From Myxococcota bacterium (GTDB lineage Bacteria > Myxococcota_A > UBA796 > UBA2385): DNA of 64,000 nt. The first letter of the stretch is position 1. Every line of letters begins with the position of its first letter. The translations under genes and the position numbers were made by a program. The notes beneath the pieces were generated by a model. The model had not been told where the DNA came from. It saw only the letters and a program-made list of their open reading frames with translations, and did no database searches. This document shows, one piece after another, positions 51,185 through 64,000 of this stretch. The stretch covers positions 96,001 to 160,000 of the forward strand of contig JBIJDH010000013.1 in the NCBI GenBank assembly GCA_044344255.1, written 5' to 3'.

Positions 51185-52234
51185 CTACCGACGGAGGCCG
51201 GTCGCTCGGAACGTCTCGTTGTTGCGCACCCGACGGGTGACGCTCACGTCGGCGTAGCCGCCCTCGGTGAACATCACCTCCAGCTTCTCCCGATTGAACC
51301 AGTTCTTGACCGGGATCCGCAGACGATCGTAGACGTCCGCCACGACGACGTTGAAGGGCCATTGGTGGTGGTCGTGGACCGGCAGGTGCGAGACCACGGG
51401 GCCGGCCACCGGGAGCTTGTTTAGCAGACGGTACGGCGTGTGGCTGAACAAACGAAGCCCGCTGGAGATGACCTGGCTCACACGATGGAGCTCTTCCGGC
51501 TCCAAGCCCGTCGTGACGGCCCGGATCGCGCCGCTGAGGGCCAACGTCACCCCCTGTCGACCGCCGTAGACCCACACCATCAGGCGACCGCCGGTGCGGA
51601 GGGTGTCGCCCAGGGCCTGAAAGGCGTCGGCGGGCCGATCGATGTGATGCAGCACCCCGAAGGAGTACGCCACATCGAAGCGCCCCTCGCGGAAGGGCGG
51701 GTGGTAGACGTCCCCCTGAACGACGTGCACTCGCTCACAATTGCGCGTGTTCGCGGCCGCGGAGGCCACAGCGTCTCCGCTGGAGTCGAGGGCGACGACC
51801 TCGGCGCCATAACGAGCCGCGAAATAGGCGTGCCGCCCGTAGCCGCAGCCCGCATCCAACACCAGCTTACCGATGAAGTCCTCCGCCCGCATCGGGGTGG
51901 CGTGCTCCAGGAAGTTCTGCTCCCAGGCCTCGGCCGCGGTGTCGAAGGTGGTCCAGCGATGTGCGGTGGCGGGGCCCTCATCCGCGCCCTTCGGGAGCAT
52001 CCGGGGGATGCCATCCCGGATCGGATAAATTGCGCCGCAATCACCACAGTGGAGCGCCCCCTCCATCACCTCGACCTCGGTGAGCCGGTCGAGATCGACC
52101 CCTGCGGGGTTGCCCTCCTCGGCCTCGAAGTGCCCATGGGTGATCGTCCGGTTCTCGGTCCGCCGCGTCTCGAGCGAGAGGTCCGGGCTCTTGCAAACGG
52201 GGCAGGCGAGCCATTGCAGGAGGCGGTACTTCAC
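51185..52234 (-). CDS. Trm112-like zinc domain fused to a class I SAM methyltransferase
   Basis: LACPVCK...EGALHCGDCGAIYPIRDGIPRML; VLDAGCGYGRH; FDVAYSFGVLHH. Start GTG 52234 with AAAGGAG; the track ORF's upstream extension is antisense to korA. Confidence 0.88.
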   Translation of the reverse strand: MKYRLLQWLACPVCKSPDLSLETRRTENRTITHGHFEAEEGNPAGVDLDRLTEVEVMEGALHCGDCGAIYPIRDGIPRMLPKGADEGPATAHRWTTFDTAAEAWEQNFLEHATPMRAEDFIGKLVLDAGCGYGRHAYFAARYGAEVVALDSSGDAVASAAANTRNCERVHVVQGDVYHPPFREGRFDVAYSFGVLHHIDRPADAFQALGDTLRTGGRLMVWVYGGRQGVTLALSGAIRAVTTGLEPEELHRVSQVISSGLRLFSHTPYRLLNKLPVAGPVVSHLPVHDHHQWPFNVVVADVYDRLRIPVKNWFNREKLEVMFTEGGYADVSVTRRVRNNETFRATGLRR

Positions 52235-52543
52235 GGGGTAGCTCCTTTCGAAGTTAGGGGACGGAGCCCAGACAGTGGGCCGCGCGCGAACATGCATCGC
52301 GCCCGGCCGGCGATCAATCGTGTGGCATACACACCGTGCGCAGATTCGGCAAGACCGAGCGAGGCCCGGCGGGTGTCTGCGAAGTAGCCTCGGTGCGCCG
52401 CTCGTGGTAAAGATGCGCCACTTCAATCCCATCGAGCCCATCCGACCGCTTGACCGTTGATCTGCACCGGCAGGCTGAGAGAGACCGCCCGACCGCTCGT
52501 GATCGAGCGGTCCCGAGGCTGGTCGGACGGCAGGAGCAAGGTG

Positions 52544-54370
<1,827 letters not shown>

Positions 54371-54440
54371 ATCCTCGCGGAAGCCTCCTCACTGAGCCAT
54401 CTCTCCTGTCTGCGTTTCGTCGCTGAACGAAGGAACCGCC

Positions 54441-55466
54441 ATGACCACCCACGAAGATCCGACCGCCTACACGAAGAAAGACTTCATGTCGGATCAGGTG
54501 ATCCGCTGGTGCCCCGGCTGCGGGGACTACAGCATCCTCTCCCAGGTCCAGACCGTCTTCGCTGAGCTGGGGATCCCCCGGCACCAGTTCGCGGTCGTGA
54601 GCGGGATCGGCTGCTCCAGCCGCTTCCCCTATTACCTCTCGACCTATGGGTTCCACACGATCCACGGTCGCGCCCCGGCCTTCGCCACGGGCCTCAAGAT
54701 CGCGAACCCCGACCTCAGCGTCTGGCTGGCGACCGGAGACGGCGACGCGCTCAGCATCGGTGGAAATCACTTCATCCACTTGCTCCGCCGGAACGTCGAC
54801 CTCCAGATCCTGCTGTTCAACAACCGGATCTACGGCCTCACAAAGGGCCAGTATTCGCCCACCTCCGAGGCGGGAAAGAAGACCAAGTCCACCCCGATGG
54901 GCTCGGTTGACCACCCCTTCGTGCCCTGCGCGGTGGCCCTCGGCGCCGACGCCACCTTCGTGGCCCGCACCGTCGACATCTTCACCACGCAGCAGCGCGA
55001 CGTGCTGCGGGCCGCGCACCTGCACAAGGGCACCTCCTTCGTTGAGATCCTGCAGAACTGCAACATCTTCAACGACGGCGCCTGGACCCTCCTCACCGAG
55101 AAGGCCACCAAGGACGACGCCGTGATCTTCGTCGAGCACGGCAAGCCCCTGACCTTCGGCGGCGGAAAGGGCGGGGTCAAGAAGGGCCTGCGCCTCACGC
55201 CCCGCCTGGAGATCGATGTGGTGGAGCTGCCGGAGGGCGCCTCCGAGGCCGACATCCTCGTCCACGACGAGACCAACCCCATCCTCGCCACCTTGCTGGC
55301 CCGCCTCGCCCCGCCCTTCCCCATGGCGATGGGCGTGATCTTCCGTACCCAGCGCCCCGCCTACGAGGCCGAGGTGCACGAGCAGCTGGAGGCCGCCAAG
55401 GCGAAGGCCGGCTCCGGGGACCTCCGCAAGCTGGTCTACGGTGGATCTTCCTGGGAAGTGAAGTAG
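54441..55466 (+). CDS. korB: 2-oxoacid:ferredoxin oxidoreductase beta subunit
   Basis: WCPGCGD, SGIGCS, HGR, GDGD...NNRIYGLTKGQYSPT. Confidence 0.94.
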   Translation: MTTHEDPTAYTKKDFMSDQVIRWCPGCGDYSILSQVQTVFAELGIPRHQFAVVSGIGCSSRFPYYLSTYGFHTIHGRAPAFATGLKIANPDLSVWLATGDGDALSIGGNHFIHLLRRNVDLQILLFNNRIYGLTKGQYSPTSEAGKKTKSTPMGSVDHPFVPCAVALGADATFVARTVDIFTTQQRDVLRAAHLHKGTSFVEILQNCNIFNDGAWTLLTEKATKDDAVIFVEHGKPLTFGGGKGGVKKGLRLTPRLEIDVVELPEGASEADILVHDETNPILATLLARLAPPFPMAMGVIFRTQRPAYEAEVHEQLEAAKAKAGSGDLRKLVYGGSSWEVK

Positions 55467-55504
55467 GACCGGACCAGGACGCGAGACCGGAGAGAGGACG
55501 CCCG

Positions 55505-56320
55505 ATGCCCCGCCCCATCGCCCTGCTGCCTGAGGGGGCGCTCCACGGCCTCGTCGGGCTCCTCTGCGACATCGACGACACCCTCACCTGGGAGGGGCGG
55601 ATCATCCCGGGCGCGCTCGAGGCTCTCCACCGGGCCCGGGCCGCGGGGCTCCGGGTGATCCCCGTCACCGGCCGCCCCGCCGGCTGGGTCGACCACATCG
55701 CCCGCATGTGGCCCGTCGACGGCTGCGTGGGGGAGAACGGCGGCCTCTGGTTCTGGATGGGCGACGGAAAGCTGCAGCGCCGCTTCCTCCAGCCCGCCGA
55801 GGAGCGCACCCGAAACCGCGCCGCCCTCGAAGAGCTGGCCGTCGAGATCCTCGCCGATGTGCCCGGCACCGCCCTCGCCAGCGACCAGCCCTATCGAGAG
55901 CTCGATCTCGCCATCGACTTCTGCGAAGACGTGCCCCCGCTCGGAGACGCCGCGATCGACCGCATCCTCGCCGGCTTCCACCGCCGCGGCGCCACGGCCA
56001 AGGTGAGCTCGATCCACGTCAACGGGTGGTTCGGCAGCTTCGACAAGCTCACGGGCATCCGACGATTCCACCAGGATCGCTGGGGCGAGCCCATTGACCT
56101 TCAGCGCTGGGCCTTCTTTGGCGACTCCGCAAATGACGAGCCCATGTTCGCGGCCTTCCCCCTGTCGGTGGGCGTCGCGAACGTCGTCCACTTCCTGCCG
56201 CGCATGAAGGCCCACCCCGCCTGGATCACCGAGGCGCCGGGTGGCCACGGCTTCGTCGAGGCCGTCGAGATCCTCCTCGCCCGCCGCGGCGCCCAGCCGG
56301 GCTCCGGAGCCACACCATGA
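55505..56320 (+). CDS. HAD-IIB family hydrolase
   Basis: DIDDTLT, VTGRP, ENGG, SSIHVNGWFG..DK, GDSAND. Confidence 0.9.
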   Translation: MPRPIALLPEGALHGLVGLLCDIDDTLTWEGRIIPGALEALHRARAAGLRVIPVTGRPAGWVDHIARMWPVDGCVGENGGLWFWMGDGKLQRRFLQPAEERTRNRAALEELAVEILADVPGTALASDQPYRELDLAIDFCEDVPPLGDAAIDRILAGFHRRGATAKVSSIHVNGWFGSFDKLTGIRRFHQDRWGEPIDLQRWAFFGDSANDEPMFAAFPLSVGVANVVHFLPRMKAHPAWITEAPGGHGFVEAVEILLARRGAQPGSGATP

Positions 56321-57048
56321 GCACGCTCGCGGGGAAGGTCGTTTGTATCACCGGCGCCAGCCGTGGCCTCGGCGCGGCGATGGCCCGGGCCTTCGCCGCT
56401 GAAGGTGCATCCTTGGTCCTCGGCGCCCGCACCCTACACGAGCTGGAGGCCCTCGCCGCGACCTTGCCCACGCAGGTGGTCGTGCTGCAGACAGACGTCC
56501 GCCGGGCCGCCGACTGCGTCGCCCTCGTGGCCGCCGCGGTGGAGCGCTTCGGTCGCCTCGACGTCATGGTGAACAACGCCGGGCTCGCCATCTACGGCGA
56601 CGTGCTGAGCATCACCGAGGCACAGCTTGAGCTCATGCTCTCCACCAACGTGGGCGGGGTCGTCTTCGGCAGCCAGGCCGCCCTTCGGGTGATGAAGGCG
56701 CAAGGCTCGGGCCTCATCATCAACGTGAGCTCGATCGCGGGAAAGCTCCACCTCCCCAACGAGTCGGCCTACAACGCTAGCAAGTGGGCGGTGAACGGCT
56801 TCACGGGCACGCTCCGCCTCGAGGCCGAGCCCCACGGCGTCAAGGTCACCTGCCTCTGCCCGGGAGGGATCGACACGCCCTTCTGGGAGGGGATGGCCAC
56901 CTTCCCCTTCCCCACCGACCGCATCCAGCCCAAGCGAGACTTCATGCGGCCCGAAGAGGTGGCCTCGACGGTGGTGCACATCTGCCAGGGCTCGGAGCGC
57001 TACGTCCTCCCGGAGGTGGTGATGCTCCCGGTGATCCGCCCCGCCTGA
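56317..57048 (+). CDS. Short-chain dehydrogenase/reductase
   Basis: TGASRGLG, NNAG, SSIAG, YNASK. Confidence 0.93.
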   Translation: MSTLAGKVVCITGASRGLGAAMARAFAAEGASLVLGARTLHELEALAATLPTQVVVLQTDVRRAADCVALVAAAVERFGRLDVMVNNAGLAIYGDVLSITEAQLELMLSTNVGGVVFGSQAALRVMKAQGSGLIINVSSIAGKLHLPNESAYNASKWAVNGFTGTLRLEAEPHGVKVTCLCPGGIDTPFWEGMATFPFPTDRIQPKRDFMRPEEVASTVVHICQGSERYVLPEVVMLPVIRPA

Positions 57049-57054
57049 ACGGAT

Positions 57055-57084
57055 GGCCCGAACCCCCAGCCGGGGGCTCGGGCC
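57055..57084. terminator. GC-rich hairpin between the convergent SDR and ahcY genes
   Basis: GGCCCGA-A-CCCCC-agcc-GGGGG-C-TCGGGCC; 12 of 13 bp paired; no U-tract. Confidence 0.5.
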
Positions 57085-57091
57085 GCGTCGC

Positions 57092-58663
<1,572 letters not shown>

Positions 58664-58705
58664 GGGTTCCTCGGTGGGAGCGCGGCCGTTGGCCGGCGGG
58701 TTCTC

Positions 58706-58731
58706 CATTCGTGTATCCGGATGGACGAATG
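58706..58731. promoter_or_regulatory. Imperfect 26-bp palindrome, candidate operator of the adjacent ArsR/SahR regulator
   Basis: CATTCGT-GT-ATCCGGAT-GG-ACGAATG; 22 of 26 positions symmetric; centred in the 105-bp divergent gap. Confidence 0.6.
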
Positions 58732-58768
58732 AACCGCAAGCCGATACTGCGAGCGGGAGGAAAAAATC

Positions 58769-59773
58769 GTGAACGGCCCGCTGTTTGACCGCCTGAGCGC
58801 GCTCTCGGAGCCCATCCGCGCCCGGCTGCTCCGCGTGCTGGCCCGAGAGGAGCTCGCTGTCGGGGAGCTGGCCCGTGTGCTGCAGACCTCCCAGCCCACC
58901 GTCAGCCGCCACTTGAAGCAGCTCGAAGAGGGGGGCTGGGTGAGCAAGCGGCGGGCGGGCACGGCGAGCTACCTCCGGCTCGTCCCCGCCGATCTCAGCC
59001 CGGAGGCGCGGTCCCTGTGGCAGCTCGTGTCGGCGGCGATGGAGGCCGAGGCGGAGCCCGCCAGCCAATACGCCGAGGACCTCCGCCGCCTCGAGGGGGT
59101 GCTCGCCGCCCGCACCGGCGACAGCGAAGAGCTCTTCCGGCGCCTCGCCGGCCGCTGGGACCTCGTTCGTCACGAGCTCTTCGGCGACGCCTACCTACCT
59201 CCGGCCCTGGTCGCCCTCTTGCCCCCCGGCCTCACCATCGCCGATCTCGGCTGCGGCACTGGCGCGGTCCTGCCCGTGCTCGCTCCGGCGGCCGCGCGCC
59301 TGATCGGCGTCGACCGCGAGGAGGCGATGCTCGACGTCGCCCGCGAGCGGGTCGCCGGCCTGCCCCGCGTCGAGCTGCGCCGCGGTCTGCTCGACGCCCT
59401 CCCCCTCGACTCCGCCTCGATCGACGTCGCGCTGTGCCAGCTCGTGTTGCACCATGTCCGCGACCTGCCGCCCGTCTTCGCCGAGCTGCGCCGCGTCCTC
59501 GTGCCCGGGGGGCGCTGGGTGATCCTCGACATGGCCGAGCACGACCGGGAGGAGTACCGCGACACGATGGGGCACCAGCACCGGGGCTTCTCCGAGCAGA
59601 CCCTCGCCGGACTCGCCGAGGGCGCGGGCCTCCGCCTCACCGCCTACCGCCCGCTGCCGGCCGATCCCGCCGCCCAGGGCCCGAGCCTCGCCCTCGCGGT
59701 GCTGGAGAGGGCCCCTGAGCCCGCCGAGCGCCCGCCGCTCAAGGAGACTCCAAGCTCGGCACCACCTGGGTGA
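58769..59773 (+). CDS. sahR: ArsR-family HTH + methyltransferase-domain regulator (SahR-type)
   Basis: [11 protein letters not shown]...VGELA...[32 protein letters not shown]; divergent from ahcY. Confidence 0.85.
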   Translation: MNGPLFDRLSALSEPIRARLLRVLAREELAVGELARVLQTSQPTVSRHLKQLEEGGWVSKRRAGTASYLRLVPADLSPEARSLWQLVSAAMEAEAEPASQYAEDLRRLEGVLAARTGDSEELFRRLAGRWDLVRHELFGDAYLPPALVALLPPGLTIADLGCGTGAVLPVLAPAAARLIGVDREEAMLDVARERVAGLPRVELRRGLLDALPLDSASIDVALCQLVLHHVRDLPPVFAELRRVLVPGGRWVILDMAEHDREEYRDTMGHQHRGFSEQTLAGLAEGAGLRLTAYRPLPADPAAQGPSLALAVLERAPEPAERPPLKETPSSAPPG

Positions 59774-60647
59774 TCACGGTCACCATCGCCGGCCCGAGCA
59801 ACACGATGAACAGCGGCGGCAGCACGAGGAGGATCATCGCGACGGTGAGCTGAGGGGCCGCCTCAGCGGCGCGACGCTCGGCGTCCAGCAGGCGGCGGCG
59901 GCGGGTGAGCTGGGCGTGGGCCCGGAGAGACTGCGCGATGCTCGAGCCGTACCGCTCCGCCTGCGCGAACAGGTTGACCAGGGCCGCGAGCTCCTCGATC
60001 CCGACCCGCACCTCCATCGCCTTCAGCGCGTCGATGCGGCGGATCCCCGCGCGGAGCTCGGCGTTGACCATCGCGAGCTCCGCCGAAAAGCTGGGGGAGA
60101 TCGGGCGGAGCTGGCGCGCCAGATATTGAAAGGCCGCGTCGAGGCCGAGCCCGGACTCGAGGCAGCTCACGAGCATGTCGAGCGCGTTCGGCAGCACGTC
60201 GCGGGCCTCCCGCTGGCGCCCCACCCGAAGGGTGCGCACCGCGAACCAGGGCGCGTAGTAGCCGATCGTCGCCACGATGAGGCCCACCAGGACCTCGAAG
60301 AGCAGGCGCAGCTCCGGCACGAAGATCAGCACCACCAGCGGGAGGAGAACGGCGAGCAGCCCGCGCACGGCGAGGTAGACCTCCAGGTTTCGCGGTCCAC
60401 GGAAGCCCGCCTGTACGAGCTCGTTCCGTTGGAGCGAGACCTCAACCGGGTCAGTCGGGCGCGCGAGCCGCCCCAACGTCTCCGTGAAGGGAGAGGGTGG
60501 CGCGACCGGCGCGAAGGCGGAGGCGCCCGCGTCGCTCACCGCGCCGACCCGGCCGGCAGCGCGGCGGGACCGCAGGGCGACAATTCCCAGCCCCGCCGTG
60601 GCGAGGGTGCCACCGAACACGATGGCGACGAGCACCAAGGGGGACAC
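59739..60647 (-). CDS. tadC: Tad pilus inner-membrane platform protein TadC
   Basis: LVQAGFR, LPNALDMLVSCLESGLGLD, QAERYGSSI..SLR, C-terminal TM LLGPA. Confidence 0.9.
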   Translation of the reverse strand: MSPLVLVAIVFGGTLATAGLGIVALRSRRAAGRVGAVSDAGASAFAPVAPPSPFTETLGRLARPTDPVEVSLQRNELVQAGFRGPRNLEVYLAVRGLLAVLLPLVVLIFVPELRLLFEVLVGLIVATIGYYAPWFAVRTLRVGRQREARDVLPNALDMLVSCLESGLGLDAAFQYLARQLRPISPSFSAELAMVNAELRAGIRRIDALKAMEVRVGIEELAALVNLFAQAERYGSSIAQSLRAHAQLTRRRRLLDAERRAAEAAPQLTVAMILLVLPPLFIVLLGPAMVTVITQVVPSLESP

Positions 60648-60648
60648 C

Positions 60649-61587
60649 TCAGACCTCCACGCGAGCCAGGCGCCGCATCACGACCCCCGCCAGCACAAGG
60701 GAGGCCACCGCGAAGCCGAGCAGCTTGTTCCCGAGCGAGGTCTGGATGAGCGGCAGCAGGTAGTTGGGCTGCATCACGGCGAGGGCGCCCGTGACGAGGA
60801 AGGGCAGCACGCCAAGGATCACCGCCGACATCCTCACCTCCGCGGTCAACGCCTTGACCTTCTGCTTGAAGGTCTGCTGCTCGCGCATCATCTCCGCCAT
60901 GTGGTCGAGCATCTCGACCATGTTCCCGCCGGTCTCCCGGTGCAGCAGCACCGCGCCCACGAACAGACTGATGTCGAAGTTGCCGGAGTTTCGAACCACG
61001 AGGCTCTCGAGGCAGTCCTCCATGCTGATGCCGAGGCGGTGCTTCTCCGAGACCCGCAGCAGCTCCTCGCCGATCGGAGGGGGCTGCTCGCCGCCCGCCA
61101 CCTTCAAGGCCTCGGAGAAGGCGTGCCCGGAGCGCAGCGTACGCGCGATGCAGTCGAGGGCGTCCGGGAGGAGGAGGGTGAGGGAGAGGGAGCGCTGGTC
61201 GCCGCGCCTCCGCAACAGCAAGAGGGGGATCGCCCCGGCCAGCAGGCCCAGGCCGCCGAGCATCCCGTGCCCCGCCGCGATCCCGCCGACGACGCCACCT
61301 GCGAGGCCCACGAGGCCGAAGACGGCGCTCTGGATCAGGAAATCCCGCTCTCCTCGTGTGTCTCCGGCCCGATCGAGCTGCGTGCGCAGCCAACGAAGGG
61401 GGGACTCCTGCGTGCCGCGCAGCAACAAGAGCTCGGCCGCAGCCGGGGCCTGGACCCCGATCCGCTGAGCGAGCGCCGAGCGCGCGGACGCCCGCTTCTC
61501 CACCCAGGCCCACCAGACGAGCGTGCCGATCAGCAGCGTCGCCACGAAGGTGACCAGGGAGACGAAGAGGACGACCCCTTGGGCCAC
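60649..61587 (-). CDS. tadB: Tad pilus inner-membrane platform protein TadB
   Basis: LPDALD..AR.LRSGH, ETGGNM.E.L, KALTAEVRMSA; start GTG 61587. Confidence 0.9.
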   Translation of the reverse strand: MAQGVVLFVSLVTFVATLLIGTLVWWAWVEKRASARSALAQRIGVQAPAAAELLLLRGTQESPLRWLRTQLDRAGDTRGERDFLIQSAVFGLVGLAGGVVGGIAAGHGMLGGLGLLAGAIPLLLLRRRGDQRSLSLTLLLPDALDCIARTLRSGHAFSEALKVAGGEQPPPIGEELLRVSEKHRLGISMEDCLESLVVRNSGNFDISLFVGAVLLHRETGGNMVEMLDHMAEMMREQQTFKQKVKALTAEVRMSAVILGVLPFLVTGALAVMQPNYLLPLIQTSLGNKLLGFAVASLVLAGVVMRRLARVEV

Positions 61588-61588
61588 T

Positions 61589-62908
61589 TCAGACCTCGAT
61601 GTGGCAATTGAGCGTCTCGGCAGGGATCTCGATGCCGATCGAGGCGAGCCGGGACGCAAAATTGGGCCGCAGACCAGTGGCCTCCATCACTCCCCTCACC
61701 TTGCCCTCCGCGTCGACCGTGCGCTGGCGAAAGCGGTAGACCTCCTGGGTGGAGATGATGCCGCTCTCCATCCCCGTGATCTCGGTGATCGAGGTGATGC
61801 GCCGCTTCCCGTCGGAGAGCCGGTTCGCCTGGATGACGAGGTGGATGGCCTGGACGATGATCTCCCGGATGGCCGGCCCCGGGAGGTTGCCCATCGCCAT
61901 GCCCACCATCATCTCCAGGCGGGCGAGCGCGTGGCGTGGGTTGTTGGCGTGGATGGTCGACAGGCTGCCCTCATGGCCGGTGTTCATGGCCTGGAGCATG
62001 TCGATCGCCTCGGCGCCTCGAATCTCTCCGACGATGATCCGATCCGGGCGCATTCGCAGCGAGTTGCGGACGAGGTCGCGGATCGACACCTCGCCCATCC
62101 CCTCGAGGTTGGGCGGGCGGGTCTCGAGCGGCACGACGTGGATCTGCTGCAGCTGCAGCTCGGCCGCGTCCTCGATCGTGACGATGCGCTCGTGCTCTGG
62201 GATGAAGGAGGAGAGCACGTTGAGCATCGTCGTCTTGCCCGAGCCCGTCCCCCCGGCGATGAGGATGTTGAGCTTGGCCTTGACGCAGCCCTCCAGCATA
62301 TCGAGGATGACCTGCGGCATGGCTCCAAAGCGCACGAGGTCCGAGCCGTGGATGGGCTTGACGCCGAAACGACGGATCGACACCACCGGGCCCTTCAGCG
62401 CGAGGGGCGCGATGATGGCGTTGAACCGGCTACCGTCCGAGAGGCGGGCGTCCACCATCGGGACGGACTCATCAATCCGGCGACCCACCCGCGACACGAT
62501 TCGATCGATGACGTGGAGCAAGTGGCGCTCATCTCGGAACCGGACGTCGGAGAGCTCCAGGCGCCCGCCGCGCTCGACGAAGATGCTGTCCGGGCCGTTG
62601 ACCAGGATGTCGGTGACATCCGGCATGCGGAGGAGGCGCTCGAGCGGGCCGTGGCCGAGGATCTCATCGAGGATGTCGTCGGAGAGGTCGTCCTGCTGGG
62701 CCTGCGTGAGCGGCAGGTTGCGTGACCGCACCGTCTCGCCCAGGCGTCGCCGCAGCTGCTGCTCCAGCTCCGGCCGAGGGATGTTCTTGATCGAGAGGGG
62801 ATCCAAGGACTCCACCAGCTCGCCATGGAGCTGCTGCATGATCTTCTGGTAGACCGCGTCTCGAGTCGGAGACCCCGCCGCGGGCGCATTGACGAGGCTG
62901 AAGGTCAT
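61589..62908 (-). CDS. tadA: Tad pilus assembly ATPase TadA/CpaF
   Basis: GPLERLL, DILVNG, GRRIDES.PMVDARL.DGSR, GGTGSGKTT, TIEDAAEL, LRMRPDRIIVGE, MNTGHEG; ATG 62908 with ATGA overlap. Confidence 0.96.
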   Translation of the reverse strand: MTFSLVNAPAAGSPTRDAVYQKIMQQLHGELVESLDPLSIKNIPRPELEQQLRRRLGETVRSRNLPLTQAQQDDLSDDILDEILGHGPLERLLRMPDVTDILVNGPDSIFVERGGRLELSDVRFRDERHLLHVIDRIVSRVGRRIDESVPMVDARLSDGSRFNAIIAPLALKGPVVSIRRFGVKPIHGSDLVRFGAMPQVILDMLEGCVKAKLNILIAGGTGSGKTTMLNVLSSFIPEHERIVTIEDAAELQLQQIHVVPLETRPPNLEGMGEVSIRDLVRNSLRMRPDRIIVGEIRGAEAIDMLQAMNTGHEGSLSTIHANNPRHALARLEMMVGMAMGNLPGPAIREIIVQAIHLVIQANRLSDGKRRITSITEITGMESGIISTQEVYRFRQRTVDAEGKVRGVMEATGLRPNFASRLASIGIEIPAETLNCHIEV

Positions 62909-63672
62909 CTCAGGCTCCCAGGCCAGAACTTCCAGGTGTGTGCGGGGGCGGGCTTCTCGGTCAGCTTGTCCCACGCGGCGGCGATGTCCCGGACAAAGTC
63001 TGAGGAGCCATGGAGCTCTTTCACGATCTTTCCATTTCGGGCTGCATCCGCGCAGGCCGGATGGTCCCGCCGAAACGTGGCATGGATCTTCACCTTGAGG
63101 AGGGCCTCGATGTCTGCCTCCGAGAGATCCGGATAACGAAACAGCTGGCTGAGCACTAGCCAACGGCGATCATCTGAGACGCCCACCTCTCGGAGGAGGG
63201 CCAAGAGGCGGACCACGTTCTGGATCGCCAGCACGTCCGCCGTCGCGACGATCATCACGCGGTCCGCCACGTGAACGGCGGCCAGCATCGCCTCGCTGAC
63301 GCTGTCGCCACAGTCTACAAGGACGAGGTCCCAAGTCTGCCGGGCCACATCGAGGAGGTGAGTCACCTCCTCTCGCGTGGGCCGGACGAGCTGGCTGAGC
63401 TCGGTGGGCTGCGCCAGGATCGAGCACCGAGGGCCCGCGGAGAGCGCGCTGCCCCGGAGCTTGGCCGGATCGAGGGAGTCGGTCAACAGCTTCGGGATCG
63501 AGACCGCAGGGGACAGGTTGAGGAGACCGGCGAGGTCGCCCCGCCCGAAGTCGAGGTCCAAGGCGCACACCGTTCGACTGGACGCCAGCTCGGCCGCGAG
63601 GTTCGCGGTCAGGGTCGTGGTCCCGCAGCCCCCGCGCGCGCCGACCACCGCGACCACCCTCGGCTCCTCCAT
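62905..63672 (-). CDS. cpaE: CpaE/TadZ-like MinD/ParA-type pilus localisation protein (no receiver domain)
   Basis: VVGARGGCGTTT..ANLA, LDLDFGRGD, DLVLVD; position upstream of tadA. Confidence 0.8.
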   Translation of the reverse strand: MEEPRVVAVVGARGGCGTTTLTANLAAELASSRTVCALDLDFGRGDLAGLLNLSPAVSIPKLLTDSLDPAKLRGSALSAGPRCSILAQPTELSQLVRPTREEVTHLLDVARQTWDLVLVDCGDSVSEAMLAAVHVADRVMIVATADVLAIQNVVRLLALLREVGVSDDRRWLVLSQLFRYPDLSEADIEALLKVKIHATFRRDHPACADAARNGKIVKELHGSSDFVRDIAAAWDKLTEKPAPAHTWKFWPGSLR

Positions 63673-63675
63673 GGC

Positions 63676-64000
63676 TCACTTCCCTCGATTGTTCGACGCG
63701 CCGCCCGTCTTCGGTCGGCCACCCTTCTGTCCCGTAGTGCCCACCTTCTCTCCGCCTTCAAACTGGACCGTCTCCTCTCGGCCGCCCTGGATGACGGTCG
63801 CGCTGCCCGAGCCGCCAGGCGCCGCCGCGCGGGTCGCGGTGCGGCTCGGGGCGCGCGCCTCCTTGACCGACTGCACCAGCTGCTCCCGCGCCGCGCTCGG
63901 GTCTGGGTTGATGTCGAGCATGCCTGCGGTCCCCAAGGGGTTGCCCTGGGTGATGAGCTCGAGGTCGTCTCGGGCCCGCAGCGAGAGGTAGAGCTCACCG
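63676..64000 (-). CDS. cpaB: C-terminal part of probable Flp pilus assembly protein CpaB/RcpC (5' end outside the window)
   Basis: Frame open to the window edge: GELYLSLRARDD...ATVIQGG, typical of a CpaB C-terminus; operon position. Confidence 0.7.
   Translation of the reverse strand, partial: GELYLSLRARDDLELITQGNPLGTAGMLDINPDPSAAREQLVQSVKEARAPSRTATRAAAPGGSGSATVIQGGREETVQFEGGEKVGTTGQKGGRPKTGGASNNRGK

Noticed and set aside
58664..58768. SAH riboswitch upstream of ahcY
   Set aside because: Only a vague AACGG..GCGCTC resemblance; the 5' GAG(G/A)GCG element and AGGCTC partner are not present. The palindrome plus SahR explains the region better.

Overview
High-GC (by eye roughly 70%) bacterial chromosome segment. 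The gene content suggests a myxobacterium-like (Myxococcota/deltaproteobacterial) genome: zinc-ribbon/GYF-TPR protein, PEGA/TPR barrel, Cys/Asp-rich repeats, many lipoproteins and a Tad pilus. This assignment is inference. About 52 CDS and two tRNAs are supported. Housekeeping genes are gmd/rmd, trmL, grpE, purH/purD/purE, korAB, ahcY with a divergent SahR-type regulator, and the 3' end of a Tad/Flp pilus operon. No integrase, transposase, prophage, rRNA or CRISPR array was seen. The most interesting material is four uncharacterised envelope modules. (1) 24.8-37.1 kb: one tightly packed operon with a membrane pseudokinase, two lipoproteins, a complete Opp/Dpp-type ABC importer, a TPR/PEGA barrel and a TolB-like propeller. 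(2) 37.4-46.3 kb: an OM barrel, a metallopeptidase-propeller-Omp85 fusion and two large lipoproteins, one carrying nine CxDxxDxxxxxxxDxxDxxC repeats. (3) 46.7-51.2 kb: a lipoprotein 5'-nucleotidase, a nuclease-type OB-fold lipoprotein and an OM barrel, a candidate nucleic-acid scavenging locus. (4) 1-5.7 kb: a REC-histidine kinase paired with a sensor kinase whose ATP-binding domain looks dead, plus a FecR protein and an Ig-like protein. Also notable are a tRNA-Ile/tRNA-Ala pair with no flanking rRNA genes, a 26-bp palindrome between ahcY and its regulator, and repeated short tandem duplications at gene boundaries. All calls come from motif reading only; no database searches were run.
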